Part shown: positions 9,977 through 21,897 of the stretch, piece after piece
Position numbering within the stretch: the first letter of the stretch is position 1
Layout: each line of letters opens with the position of its first letter
DNA from: an uncultured Bacilli bacterium
Lineage (GTDB): Bacteria; Bacillota_I; Bacilli_A; RF39; UBA660
Direction: 5' to 3'
NCBI GenBank assembly: GCA_944373145.1
Contig: CALWAL010000001.1
Coordinates: 64,105 to 128,104, forward strand
Length of the DNA stretch: 64,000 bases
Notes under the pieces: model-generated
Told to the model about the DNA's origin: nothing
Databases searched by the model: none
The model's input: the letters and a program-made list of their open reading frames with translations, nothing else
Program-made: the position numbers and the translations under genes

Positions 9977-11545
9977 TTATCGACGCCCCTTTTTAATTTC
10001 TTCAACTTCCTCAATTGCTTGTTCCATATCCTCTATGTCTTCTATTTCTTCATTTAAACCGTTTATTTTTTTGCGATGTTTTAAATATTTTACAAAAGCC
10101 ACAAATGAAGTACCCATACCTGCTAATAAGGCAGTGAATTTACCAACATCTGGTAAAATTCCACTTAAACCTAAACTGCCATTACCTAATTGACTTAGTG
10201 CTGTAACACAATTTTTTGAAGCTGTAAGTGGATCAACTTTAAAAATAAGTGCTAAAACTGCAACTGGAATAAATCCTGCTCCAATTAAAAGAAGTGCTAA
10301 AGTCTTTTTCTTTTCTATTTTTTCTACTTCTTTTTCTTTTTTTATAATTTGTAAACGTCTTTGAACTAATTGTGTTGTTTCTTTATCAACCGGATCATGA
10401 GGTTCAATAAAACCATCACCATCTTTATTTAATGACGAAATATCTGGGCTCCGTGGGATTAATTCTTCAATTACTTCCTCCGATTGCGCTGGTTCCTCTA
10501 CATGTAATGTTGAACCGTTTTGATAAAGTTCTAATATCTCATCATATGGCAAATTATAAGCCGGTCTTAAAATATCAAAAGTTCTTTTCAAACATGAAAT
10601 TGGATAATGTAAATCTAAATCCTTTAATTTTTTAACTCGTTCTTCAAGGGAAATATCTTTTATCATTAAAATTTTATAAACCCTTTTTTCATCTTGCTCT
10701 AAGCGGTATAAACTATAAGCAATATCATCCACTTCATCTGCTTTTTTCATCTTATTTAAATAATCAATAATAAATGTTGAATCAAATACATCTTCATCCA
10801 TTAATTTTTGATAAATTGTATGTGCTAATTCTTGATTGTCATCAATACCTTTAAACCTTTCAATAAAAAATGGTTCATATTTTTTATAAAATAAATTAAT
10901 TACTTCATCGATGATTTCTTCATCTAATCCCGAATCATTCAATGCGTAACGTAAATGACCAAAAGATAAAAAGTTTTTTGTATAATAATTGATTAGATCG
11001 TTTGCGACACCTTCAATAATCCTATCTCGATTTGTGCTATTTACATACGAACTAAATCTTGAGGTTGCAACTGAACGATTAATAAAAATTCGATAAAATT
11101 CTTTAACTTTATTACTACTATCTAGAACGCCAGCACTTATGGCTTGTTCAACTCCATTAATAATTTCACTAAAAGGCATTTTCCCTAATTCATACAAACT
11201 TTTAGCAATCTCAAAATCACTCTTATCCTCGCTTTTAGCTTGCTTTAAACAAGCAACTATTTTACTAAGGCGTTGATTTTGCTCTTGTCTTTCTTTATCT
11301 TTTTTTCTTTCTATGGAAGCTTTAGCTGCCAATCTTTGTCGTTCCCTTGCAATAATATAATCGCATATAGCTTTAGGTTCAAATTGTCCACCAGTGGCAA
11401 TATTTAAATTAAATGACTCGGCAATTTTACGAGAAGCATCACGCGAAATCAAAATTCTCCCATCTTCAGCTTTTACAAAATCTTTTTCTGGATTTATATA
11501 TTTAAGCAAAATTTCCTTCTTTTGATCATTTGTTAAATTCATCAT
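9977..11545 (-). CDS. Hypothetical 522-aa protein with a C-terminal hydrophobic hairpin, probably membrane-anchored.
   Basis: Long ORF with a Lys/Glu-rich coiled region and C-terminal TM segments (LALLLIGAGFIPVAVLALIF ... ALLAGMGTSFVAFV). Confidence 0.5.
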   Translation of the reverse strand: MMNLTNDQKKEILLKYINPEKDFVKAEDGRILISRDASRKIAESFNLNIATGGQFEPKAICDYIIARERQRLAAKASIERKKDKERQEQNQRLSKIVACLKQAKSEDKSDFEIAKSLYELGKMPFSEIINGVEQAISAGVLDSSNKVKEFYRIFINRSVATSRFSSYVNSTNRDRIIEGVANDLINYYTKNFLSFGHLRYALNDSGLDEEIIDEVINLFYKKYEPFFIERFKGIDDNQELAHTIYQKLMDEDVFDSTFIIDYLNKMKKADEVDDIAYSLYRLEQDEKRVYKILMIKDISLEERVKKLKDLDLHYPISCLKRTFDILRPAYNLPYDEILELYQNGSTLHVEEPAQSEEVIEELIPRSPDISSLNKDGDGFIEPHDPVDKETTQLVQRRLQIIKKEKEVEKIEKKKTLALLLIGAGFIPVAVLALIFKVDPLTASKNCVTALSQLGNGSLGLSGILPDVGKFTALLAGMGTSFVAFVKYLKHRKKINGLNEEIEDIEDMEQAIEEVEEIKKGRR

Positions 11546-11610
11546 ATCACCTCGGTATCGTTCTATTATATATAAACATTATATCATAAAATTACAAGAA
11601 AGATATAAAA

Positions 11611-11643
11611 AGTGCAAAAAAAAAGTGCATTAATTTAATGCAT
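11611..11643 (-). terminator. Rho-independent terminator after hup.
   Basis: Palindrome TGCATTAAATTAATGCA straddling the hup stop, followed on the minus strand by a long T-run. Confidence 0.55.
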
Positions 11644-11905
11644 CTTTTAATTTAGAACCAGCTTTAACTGTAACTGCAACTCTTGCAGGAATTTCAACAA
11701 CTTCACCAGTTCTAGGATTACGTCCTTTTTTAGCTTCTTTATTTTTTGCAGTAAAAGTTACAAATCCAGTTAAAGCAACTTTTTTATCTGCTCCTTTTAA
11801 TCCTTTAATAACACCGTTCATCATTGCATCTAGTGCACGAGTAGCATCTGCTTTTGTTAACCCTGTTTCTTCTGCTATGTAGTTAACTAAATCTGTCTTA
11901 GTCAT
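11630..11905 (-). CDS. hup: Histone-like DNA-binding protein HU.
   Basis: 91 aa. MTKTDLVNYIAEETGLTKADA ... GFVTFTAKNKEAKKGRNPRTGE is the classic HU/IHF signature. Confidence 0.92.
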   Translation of the reverse strand: MTKTDLVNYIAEETGLTKADATRALDAMMNGVIKGLKGADKKVALTGFVTFTAKNKEAKKGRNPRTGEVVEIPARVAVTVKAGSKLKDALN

Positions 11906-12056
11906 AGACTTACCTCCCTATTTCTATAAGCTATTTTGCTTACATTTTAAGAATATCACAACGCCAATATAAAAGCAAGTTTTTTTATTATTTTTTTTAT
12001 TTTTGCCTTAATTTTAAAGGATTTATGATAATTATTTTATAACTATATTTTTTTAC

Positions 12057-12431
12057 TTAAAATAAATTTGAAAAAACATTGTTATACATTAAAAGTCCAA
12101 TAATTAAAAGAATAACCAATAAAATAATAAGTCCTAAAACATTTTTAAATGTGGCACTAGTTCGGTCATTACCATCTCGTTTAATATAATTTTTATTAGC
12201 ATCATTATCAATAACAGGTTCTATCGGTTTAGAAATTGTTTCCATTTTATCATTTTTGTAAATCGGTTCGGTTTGAATACCAGATTGAGAATCTTGCCGC
12301 ATAAAAGAACTAGTAGCCGGATTAGATAAATCTTCTAAACCAGTATATGGGTCAACATCAACAGGCATTGCACAAGTTCTACAAAAAGTATCTCCTTCAT
12401 GAATAGTCGCTCCGCAATTTTTACATTGCAT
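12057..12431 (-). CDS. Zinc-ribbon protein with a C-terminal transmembrane helix.
   Basis: N-terminal CKNCG...CRTC. C-terminal LGLIILLVILLIIGLLMY. Confidence 0.45.
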   Translation of the reverse strand: MQCKNCGATIHEGDTFCRTCAMPVDVDPYTGLEDLSNPATSSFMRQDSQSGIQTEPIYKNDKMETISKPIEPVIDNDANKNYIKRDGNDRTSATFKNVLGLIILLVILLIIGLLMYNNVFSNLF

Positions 12432-12485
12432 ATTATCTCCTACTTTCTAATTTAATTTTATCACATATTTTAACAAGAAAAAAGA

Positions 12486-13604
12486 CTATTTGTTTTTTTT
12501 CAAATAGTCTTCTATCTTTTTAAATCCATTACCAACTCTTAAATCTGTATTATCTAATTGTTCAAACAATTTCTTTTGATCTCGCGTTAACTTTTCTGGA
12601 ATAACAATGTTAAGTACAACATACATATCTCCTTTATTACCCGTACGTACGTCTTCAATTCCTTTTCCTTTTAAGCGGTGTTTATCACCACTTTCCGTTC
12701 CAGCTGGAATGCTTAATTTAACATTGCCATATAATGTCGGTATTTCCCTTTTACTACCTAAAACTGCTTCTGTTATAGTAATTGGTAATTCTAAATAAAT
12801 ATCATTATTATCACGCATAAATAATTCATGATCTTTTACATAAAATTCTAAATATAAATCTCCATTAGGCCCACCATTAATACCAGGTTCGCCTTTGCCT
12901 GCTACACGTAATTGATTACCAGTATTAACACCGGCTGGTATTTTTACTTCAATATCAGTGTTTTTATGGACTTTACCTGTTCCCTTACACTTAGAACAAT
13001 TTGACTCAAAAGTAATTCCTTCACCATGACAAGTTGGACAAGTCGTTCGTGTCATAAAAGATCCAAATAAAGTACGTTGTTCAGCTGTTACAACACCACT
13101 TCCATGACAAGCACCACATTTTTTTTCACCTTTTCCTCCCTTGCCACCACAAGAAGGACAATCTTCGGCTACATCAACATTAATTGTTTTTTTAGTCCCA
13201 AAAACAGCTTCCTCAAAAGTTAAATTAACACGCATTATGCTATCAGCACCGCGTCTTCTGCGCGTACTAGTAGTCCCACGCCCACTACGGCTACCGAATC
13301 CAAAACTACTACCGAAAATTTCACTAAAGATATCGCCAAAGTCAAAATCAGAAAAATCGTAACCAGCTCCACCATTCATTTGATTAAATGCATCATGGCC
13401 ATATTGATCATATTGTTTTCTTTTAGTCTCATCACTTAAAACCGCATAAGCCTCTTGCGCTTCTTTAAATTTATCGGCTGCTCCCGGTTCCTTATTAACA
13501 TCAGGATGGTATTGTTTTGCTAATTTACGAAAAGCACTTTTTATTTCTTTATCACTAGCATTTTTATCAACACCTAAAATTTCATAATAATCACGTTTGC
13601 TCAT
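12486..13604 (-). CDS. dnaJ: Chaperone DnaJ.
   Basis: J-domain with HPD (YHPDVNK). G/F-rich linker. Four CxxCxGxG zinc-finger repeats. Confidence 0.93.
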   Translation of the reverse strand: MSKRDYYEILGVDKNASDKEIKSAFRKLAKQYHPDVNKEPGAADKFKEAQEAYAVLSDETKRKQYDQYGHDAFNQMNGGAGYDFSDFDFGDIFSEIFGSSFGFGSRSGRGTTSTRRRRGADSIMRVNLTFEEAVFGTKKTINVDVAEDCPSCGGKGGKGEKKCGACHGSGVVTAEQRTLFGSFMTRTTCPTCHGEGITFESNCSKCKGTGKVHKNTDIEVKIPAGVNTGNQLRVAGKGEPGINGGPNGDLYLEFYVKDHELFMRDNNDIYLELPITITEAVLGSKREIPTLYGNVKLSIPAGTESGDKHRLKGKGIEDVRTGNKGDMYVVLNIVIPEKLTRDQKKLFEQLDNTDLRVGNGFKKIEDYLKKNK

Positions 13605-13616
13605 ACTGCCACCTAC

Positions 13617-15407
13617 CTATATTAATTTTTCTAATTCGGCCAATTTATCATCAAACATCTTGATTGCTTTTTCAATTGGTAACGATGTTGTCATATCAAC
13701 ACCAACACGTTTTAAAATCTCTAATGGGTAATCAGATCCACCGCTTTTTAAAAACTCTAAGTATGCTATTTTTGTTTTTTCATTACCTGCTAAAATATCA
13801 CTAGCAATAGCTATTGCCGCTGATAATCCAGTAGCATATTTGTATACATAAAAAGGCGTATAGAAATGAGGTATTCTTGACCATTCATACCTTATATAAT
13901 CATCACTAACCACATTATCTCCGTAATATAATTTATTAAGTTCATAATATGTGCTACTTAATTCTTCTTCTGTAATTGGTGTACCCATTTCATATTTATC
14001 ATGCATAATTTTTTCAAATTCTGCAAACATTGTTTGACGATAAATCGTCGTACGTACTTTATCTAAGAATTCTGTTAAATATAAAATCTTTTCATTTTTA
14101 CTTTCAGCATGCTGATATAAGTAATCATTTAATAAAACTTCATTAACTGTCGATGCAATTTCTGCTAAAAAGATTGGATAATTGCAATTAAAAGAATTTT
14201 GATACTTATTAGAATAATAACTATGCATCGAATGGCCTAATTCGTGAGCCATCGTACTAACAGAATCAGTTGTATTATCGTAATTTAAAAGCAAATATGG
14301 ATAAGTACCATAGCTACCCCAACTGTAAGCTCCAGATTTTTTACCGATATTTGGATATTTATCAATCCAGCGCTCATCAAAAGCCTTGTTTAAATCTTCA
14401 ATATACTGTGAACCTAAAGGTTTTAAAGCGCCAAAAACTAATTTTTTACCTTCATCAAAAGGAATATTTTTAACTTCATCATCAATAATATCAACATAAA
14501 TATCATACATATGCATTTGATCAAGTCCTAATACTCTCTTCCGCAAATCCATATATCTATACATTGATGGCAAACTTTTATGTATCGAAGCAATTAGATT
14601 ATTATAAACATCAATACTAATATCATCATTATATAAACTTTTTTCTAATGGATTATTATACTTGCGAACTTTACTTAGGAAAAAATCTTCTTTTATTTGA
14701 CCTATATAAGCTGCCGAAATTGTATTTTTAAAGCTTTTAAAATACTCATACATTGCAGAAAACGCCGAAATTCTAACTTCCCTTTTACGACTATTCATAA
14801 GCTTAATATAATTACTATTAGTTACTTCAACTTCGTCACCATTTTCATCAATTATTTTACCTAACTTCATATCAGCATTATCAAAATTATAAAAAACTTC
14901 TGATCCTGTTCCTAAAGCGTTACATGCATTACTAATAAGTTCCTCTTCTTGCTCTGATAAAGTATGTTCTTTGTATCTAAATATCTTTTCTAAGTCAAAT
15001 TTAAACGCTTCTAAATCCTTATTTTCAGATATGTATTTTAAAACTAATTCATAATCAACACTTAAAATTTCAGGAGTACAATATGATAATTGCGTACTTA
15101 TATCCTCAAATAATTTTTCAGCTTTGGCTTTCCTTGCTTTATATTCCGCATTTGTTGTATCAGTATCACATTGCATTTTTGCATACAAATATACCTTATC
15201 ACTTAAAATATTCATTTTATCATAGGCCTTATAAAATTCATATAAAGTCTTATTACTTTCCATAATACGACCTTTATAAGTTAAAACATCATCAACTAAT
15301 TTTGGCACTTCGTTTAATGCTTCTTCCCACGCTTGAGGTGTTTCAAATATGTTTTCTAAATCCCATGTATCTACAACATCAATTTCATTTCTTTTCTTGA
15401 TAGCCAT
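13617..15407 (-). CDS. pepF: Oligoendopeptidase F (M3B family).
   Basis: HELGHSMH zinc motif. M3-type length. Start set at MAIKKRNEIDVVDTWDL, which has a GGAGA RBS. Confidence 0.8.
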   Translation of the reverse strand: MAIKKRNEIDVVDTWDLENIFETPQAWEEALNEVPKLVDDVLTYKGRIMESNKTLYEFYKAYDKMNILSDKVYLYAKMQCDTDTTNAEYKARKAKAEKLFEDISTQLSYCTPEILSVDYELVLKYISENKDLEAFKFDLEKIFRYKEHTLSEQEEELISNACNALGTGSEVFYNFDNADMKLGKIIDENGDEVEVTNSNYIKLMNSRKREVRISAFSAMYEYFKSFKNTISAAYIGQIKEDFFLSKVRKYNNPLEKSLYNDDISIDVYNNLIASIHKSLPSMYRYMDLRKRVLGLDQMHMYDIYVDIIDDEVKNIPFDEGKKLVFGALKPLGSQYIEDLNKAFDERWIDKYPNIGKKSGAYSWGSYGTYPYLLLNYDNTTDSVSTMAHELGHSMHSYYSNKYQNSFNCNYPIFLAEIASTVNEVLLNDYLYQHAESKNEKILYLTEFLDKVRTTIYRQTMFAEFEKIMHDKYEMGTPITEEELSSTYYELNKLYYGDNVVSDDYIRYEWSRIPHFYTPFYVYKYATGLSAAIAIASDILAGNEKTKIAYLEFLKSGGSDYPLEILKRVGVDMTTSLPIEKAIKMFDDKLAELEKLI

Positions 15408-15475
15408 TGTTATCTCCAATCTATTTATATTTAACATTAAAGTTCTAGATTTGTTCTAGAACTTTACAACATTTA

Positions 15476-17299
<1,824 letters not shown>

Positions 17300-17383
17300 T
17301 CAATAATCTTAAAATTAACACAATTGATAAAGATAATATCACACAACCTAAAAATAGTACGATAAATAATTGCATAAAATCAC

Positions 17384-17953
17384 CTATTCGCTTACCTTAA
17401 CCATAGCTGTACGAATAACTTTATCTTTTAACAAATAACCTTTTTGTAATATTTCAATGACCATCCCAGGTTCAACTCCTTCACGTTTTTCTAATAAGAT
17501 CGCATTATGATAAACAGGATTAAATGGGATATTATTAGTGTCAATCATTTTAACATCAAATTTTTCCATTACATTTTGTAAATGTGTATATACCATTTTA
17601 AAACCATCTAAAAATTTTTTCTCTTCATCAGTCAAATTAGTATCCATACTGATTGCTCTTTCAAAATTATCCAAAATTGGTAAAATATCTTTAATTAAAT
17701 CTTCATTACAAAATTTAAGCATGCGATTTACTTCTTCTTCTTTGCGTTTACGATAATTAACCATATCGGCATTTTGTCTAATTAACTTATCTTCCAACTC
17801 ACTTATTTTATTATAAGCATCATTCAACTTATTTTTGTGTTCTTTTTCTTGCTCTTCAGTAATTGCTTCTACTACCTCTTCTGACTTCTTATCTTGTTGT
17901 GATTCGACAACCTCTACCTTAGGGCAAGCCTCTTCTTTAACTTTTTCTCCCAT
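17384..17953 (-). CDS. grpE: Nucleotide exchange factor GrpE.
   Basis: Coiled N-terminus. Position between hrcA and dnaK. Conserved C-terminal beta domain (GMVIEILQKGY). Confidence 0.85.
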   Translation of the reverse strand: MGEKVKEEACPKVEVVESQQDKKSEEVVEAITEEQEKEHKNKLNDAYNKISELEDKLIRQNADMVNYRKRKEEEVNRMLKFCNEDLIKDILPILDNFERAISMDTNLTDEEKKFLDGFKMVYTHLQNVMEKFDVKMIDTNNIPFNPVYHNAILLEKREGVEPGMVIEILQKGYLLKDKVIRTAMVKVSE

Positions 17954-18951
17954 TAGTCCTCCTTACCTATATTATTCATAATATAGTTTAATAATGTTAT
18001 TACTCGATCATATTCCATGCGTTTTGGACCTATTAGAGCAATTGTACCCTCTTCACCATTTACTGTATACTTGGTCTTAATAACGGTTACATCATCATCA
18101 ATATTGTTTTCACTACCAATATAAATGTTAATGCCATTATCCTCTTCTTCAATACTCTTAACTAATTCTTTATCTTCGAACTTGCTAATAATATCGCGAA
18201 TCTTATCCGCATCATTGAATTCTGGTTGCATTAATATATTTTTAGTGCCAGACATCTTAATACTTTCTGCTGTAGTAAAATCATTGAAGGCATTATAGAA
18301 AGCATTATATAAGATTTCATGTTGTTCTACATAAGTTGAAATAATTGGTTTGACTTGGAACTCTAAAAAACTACTAACCTCATCAATTGGAGTTCCAACA
18401 ATTAACTTATTTATTAAATCAACTGTTTTACTAACTTCTTTTGCCTCAACATTACCATCAAGATAAATATTTTTATGATCAACGTGACCTTTATCAGTAA
18501 CAATGATAGCTACCATATTATGTTTATCAATTGGAATAACTTCAACCTTAGAAATCAAGTTATCTTTTGATGTTTTCCCTAAAACAATTGCCGTATAATT
18601 TGTTAATTGCGAAACAATTTCCATACTTCTAGCAATAACATCACTAACAACTAATGATTTATTATTAACAATTGTTTGTAATTTTAACATATCATCACCG
18701 GTTAACTCTTTAGGCTGCATGATATGGTCAACATAATAACGATAACCTTTTTCACTTGGTACACGGCCACTTGAAATATGTTCTTTTTCTAATAGATTAT
18801 AGTCCTCTAACAAACTCATTTCTGCTCTAATAGTAGCACTTGAACAATTCATAATTTCGCACAAAGATTTTGAACTTACTGGGCGAGCAGTTTTAATATA
18901 ATCTTCAACAATTAATTTTAATAAATGTTCTTGTCGATTAGTTAATACCAT
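17953..18951 (-). CDS. hrcA: Heat-inducible transcription repressor HrcA.
   Basis: N-terminal winged HTH (LTNRQEHLLKLIVEDYIKTARPVSSKSL). First gene of the hrcA-grpE-dnaK operon. CIRCE lies upstream. Confidence 0.88.
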   Translation of the reverse strand: MVLTNRQEHLLKLIVEDYIKTARPVSSKSLCEIMNCSSATIRAEMSLLEDYNLLEKEHISSGRVPSEKGYRYYVDHIMQPKELTGDDMLKLQTIVNNKSLVVSDVIARSMEIVSQLTNYTAIVLGKTSKDNLISKVEVIPIDKHNMVAIIVTDKGHVDHKNIYLDGNVEAKEVSKTVDLINKLIVGTPIDEVSSFLEFQVKPIISTYVEQHEILYNAFYNAFNDFTTAESIKMSGTKNILMQPEFNDADKIRDIISKFEDKELVKSIEEEDNGINIYIGSENNIDDDVTVIKTKYTVNGEEGTIALIGPKRMEYDRVITLLNYIMNNIGKED

Positions 18952-19012
18952 TCTTTCACCTTCTTCTAGCACTTCCACTTTTCATGTGCTGACATAATTA
19001 TAGCACCCTGTT

Positions 19013-19039
19013 TTAGCAAAGTCAATAGTTGAGTGCTAA
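19013..19039 (-). promoter_or_regulatory. CIRCE operator (HrcA binding site).
   Basis: TTAGCAAAG-N9-GAGTGCTAA. Relative to hrcA it reads TTAGCACTC-N9-cTTtGCTAA, against the consensus TTAGCACTC-N9-GAGTGCTAA. One half is perfect and the other has 2 mismatches. Confidence 0.75.
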
Positions 19040-19416
19040 TAAATAAAAAAAAAGAATTTTCTTAATTATATTCTACTTTATTGTCCACTGTTTATATTAA
19101 TTATTAAATAAAAATTCAGTTCTTTTTCAATTAAAATATTTATTAAAAACATCACTACTTAATAATTCTACCTAAACAATTACATACTAAATAGTGATGA
19201 TTTATTTTTTATTAGCAACAAATTATCCACATATTATTCCCATATATTATTATTTTCAAATAATTATTTTTTTATTTTACTAAATTCTTTCTATCTTATT
19301 ATAATTATCACTATATCTAAAAAATATGTAATTCAAACAAGATTATATTTACTTTTTTATAATAGATGTAAAAATTAAAATTTATTATTATTTATTACTT
19401 AAATTTAAAAAAGGAC

Positions 19417-19553
19417 TTGACAATTTTATCTTTTTAGATTAGTATATACAGTACCAATTCGAGAAAGCGAATTGGAAGCTAGTATCACACTAGCCAACCC
19501 CTTTTTATTCTTTTATGGAAGCTGTTCTTCAGGGGGGCAGCTTCTTTTTTTTA
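19417..19553 (+). ncRNA. Candidate small RNA gene, copy 1. It has a sigma-A-like promoter (TTGACA-17-TAGTAT), a conserved ~70-nt body with two hairpins, and an intrinsic terminator.
   Basis: Seen directly. -35 at 19417-19422, -10 at 19440-19445. Hairpins CCAATTCG-AGAAAG-CGAATTGG and GCTAGT-ATCAC-ACTAGC. Terminator GAAGCTG..CAGCTTC followed by T8. Confidence 0.5.
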
Positions 19554-19570
19554 CTTTTTTTTAAAATAAC

Positions 19571-19708
19571 TTGACAAATTCTTTTTTTTCAATTAATATA
19601 TACAGTACCAATTCGAAAAAAGCGAATTGGAAGCTAGTATCACACTAGCCAACCCCTTTTTATTCTTTTATGGAAGTTGCCTTTAAATGTGCAACTTCTT
19701 TTTTTGTA
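19571..19708 (+). ncRNA. Candidate small RNA gene, copy 2. Near-identical body with its own promoter (TTGACA-17-TAATAT) and a different terminator hairpin.
   Basis: Body identical to copy 1 except one extra A in the hairpin-1 loop. Terminator GAAGTTGC-CTTTAAATGT-GCAACTTC plus T7. Confidence 0.5.
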
Positions 19709-19736
19709 TTTAAAAGAGTTGGAAAACCAACTCTTA
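19708..19736 (-). terminator. Terminator after tex; appears bidirectional.
   Basis: AGAGTTGG-AAAA-CCAACTCT hairpin immediately past the tex stop, with T-rich flanks on both strands. Confidence 0.5.
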
Positions 19737-21890
19737 TTTTTCAATTAGGGAAAGTGCAACCTTTCCTTTATCTTTATAGATTTCTTCAACATAACAATCA
19801 ACAATATCTCCAACGCTCAAAACTTCTGATGGGTGTTTAATATATTGCTTAGATATTTTAGATATATGTGCTAAAGCATCGTTATGAATACCTATATCAA
19901 TAAAGGCTCCGAAATCAACAACATTACGAACTGTTCCTTGTAGTTTCATTCCAACTTTTAAATCATCAATATTTAAAACATCACTTTTCAAAACAGGTTG
20001 TGGCATTTCATCACGTGGATCACGGTTTGGTTTTTTTAAACTGTCGACGACATCTTCTAAAGTGTAAATGTCTGTATTTAATCTATTTTTATATTCTTCT
20101 AAGTTTATATTGTCTAATTTACTAATTAAGGCTTCAGTTCCAACATCCGATAATTGGCATCCTAATTCTGCTAGTAACTTGTTAGCAATATCATAACTTT
20201 CAGGATGAATCCCTGTTGCATCTAAAATATTAATTCCTTCAGTTATTCTCAAAAAGCCTATTGCTTGTTCGTAAGCTTTATCGCTTAAAAGTTTATTCTT
20301 TTTAATTTCTTCACGTGAATTAATACGTCCAACTTTTTCACGATAAGATATTATTTTTTCTATATTCTTTTTATTAATCCCCGATACATATTTTAAAAGG
20401 GATGAAGATGCAGTATTGACGTTAACGCCAACACTATTAACAGCTTTGGTAACCACAAAATCTAAACTTTCTGATAGTTTTTTACTACTAACATCATGTT
20501 GATATAACCCAACACCAATACCTTCAGGAGGAACTTTAACTAATTCTGCCAAAGGATCTTGTAACCGACGCCCGATTGATACCGCGCTTCTTTTTTCAAC
20601 TGCTAAATTAGGAAATTCATCAATAGCAATTTGAGAAGCACTATAAATAGAAGCTCCAGCTTCTGAAACAATAACATATTTACAGGTTAGATTATATTCC
20701 TTAATCATTTCTGATACTAATTTTTCTGATTCACGGGAAGCTGTTCCATTACCGATTGCTATAATATCTACATGATATTTGTTAATTAATTTAACTACTT
20801 CTTCTTTAGTTTCTTTAATATGCCCTTCTTTATTACTATTTAAAAAAGGTTTCACTACAGTTGAATCTAAATATTTACCATTTTTATCAATTACAGCTAA
20901 TTTACATCCATTAACATATCCGGGGTCAAAAGCTAAAACTACTTTTTCCTTCATTGGTGGCGTTAGCAATAGACTTTCTAAATTTTTACCAAAATTGCTA
21001 ATGGCGGTCTCTTCTCCTTTTTCCGTTAAATCACTTCGAATTTCACGTTCAACCGACGGAAAAATCAAACGCTTATAACTATCCTCAATAGCTTCTTTAA
21101 TTTGTGGAGCACAAAAACTTTCTTTATTTTTTATATTTTTATCTTCTAGAAAATTAATAATTTCATCTTTATTAACATTAATTTTGACCGTTAAAATATA
21201 TTCTTTTTCTCCGCGATTAAGCGCTAAAATCCTATGGGGTTTAATTTTTGATACAGCTTCACTATAAGCATAATACATTTCATAGATTTTTCCTTCATCG
21301 ACAGCATTTTTCTTTAAACTTGATTCAATAATACCAAAACGATACATATTATTACGAATATATTTTCGAAAATAAGCATTGTCAGATATCCATTCTGCAA
21401 TAATATATTTTGCACCAGTAATAGCACTTTCAACGTCTTTTACATTATCATTAATAAATTTTTTTGCCATTTCTTGTAAACTACCTTTTGTTGGGCATGA
21501 CATTATCATTTTAGCAAGTGGTTCTAAACCATTTTTAATAGCTTCAGTAGCTTTAGTTTTTTTCTTTTCTTTGTAAGGCCTATACAAATCCTCAACCTCT
21601 ACCAACTTTTCGCAACTCATAATCTTATCTCTTAATTCATCTGTTAAAAGATCTTTTTCATCAATTAACCTAATAACATCTTCCTTGCGTTTTAATAAGT
21701 TAACTTGGTAAGTATATACCTCCTCAATTGTGCGAATTGCTTCTTCATCAAGATTACCAGTTACTTCTTTTCGATATCGTGAAATAAAAGGGATGGTATT
21801 TCCATCCTCCAATAGTTTTAATGTTGCTTCAATTTGTGTTTCTTTAATAGCTAAGCTATTACTTATTTGTTTAATTAGTAAGTTATTCAT
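19734..21890 (-). CDS. tex: Transcription accessory protein Tex (YqgF/RuvC-like, HhH and S1 domains).
   Basis: 718 aa. N-terminal IPFISRYRKE motif. Central YqgF-like and HhH region. C-terminal S1 domain (VGMKLQGTVRNVVDFGAFIDIG). Confidence 0.9.
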   Translation of the reverse strand: MNNLLIKQISNSLAIKETQIEATLKLLEDGNTIPFISRYRKEVTGNLDEEAIRTIEEVYTYQVNLLKRKEDVIRLIDEKDLLTDELRDKIMSCEKLVEVEDLYRPYKEKKKTKATEAIKNGLEPLAKMIMSCPTKGSLQEMAKKFINDNVKDVESAITGAKYIIAEWISDNAYFRKYIRNNMYRFGIIESSLKKNAVDEGKIYEMYYAYSEAVSKIKPHRILALNRGEKEYILTVKINVNKDEIINFLEDKNIKNKESFCAPQIKEAIEDSYKRLIFPSVEREIRSDLTEKGEETAISNFGKNLESLLLTPPMKEKVVLAFDPGYVNGCKLAVIDKNGKYLDSTVVKPFLNSNKEGHIKETKEEVVKLINKYHVDIIAIGNGTASRESEKLVSEMIKEYNLTCKYVIVSEAGASIYSASQIAIDEFPNLAVEKRSAVSIGRRLQDPLAELVKVPPEGIGVGLYQHDVSSKKLSESLDFVVTKAVNSVGVNVNTASSSLLKYVSGINKKNIEKIISYREKVGRINSREEIKKNKLLSDKAYEQAIGFLRITEGINILDATGIHPESYDIANKLLAELGCQLSDVGTEALISKLDNINLEEYKNRLNTDIYTLEDVVDSLKKPNRDPRDEMPQPVLKSDVLNIDDLKVGMKLQGTVRNVVDFGAFIDIGIHNDALAHISKISKQYIKHPSEVLSVGDIVDCYVEEIYKDKGKVALSLIEK

Positions 21891-21897
21891 ACTTCAC

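Noticed and set aside
9977-11545. 522-aa membrane-anchored protein considered as a misplaced EssB/YukC candidate.
   Set aside because: It has no pseudokinase-like N-domain. Its TM segments are C-terminal rather than central. It lies 11 kb from the T7SS genes, inside the heat-shock neighbourhood.
19516-19566. 16-aa ORF (MEAVLQGGSFFFLLFF) inside sRNA copy 1, considered as a type I toxin or small peptide.
   Set aside because: The reading frame is not conserved in copy 2, where the sequence diverges at the terminator, so the coding potential looks incidental.
19417-19712. Possible CRISPR or mini-array, given two direct repeats of ~100 nt.
   Set aside because: There are only two copies. The repeat unit is much longer than CRISPR repeats. 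Each copy has its own promoter and terminator. No cas genes are nearby.
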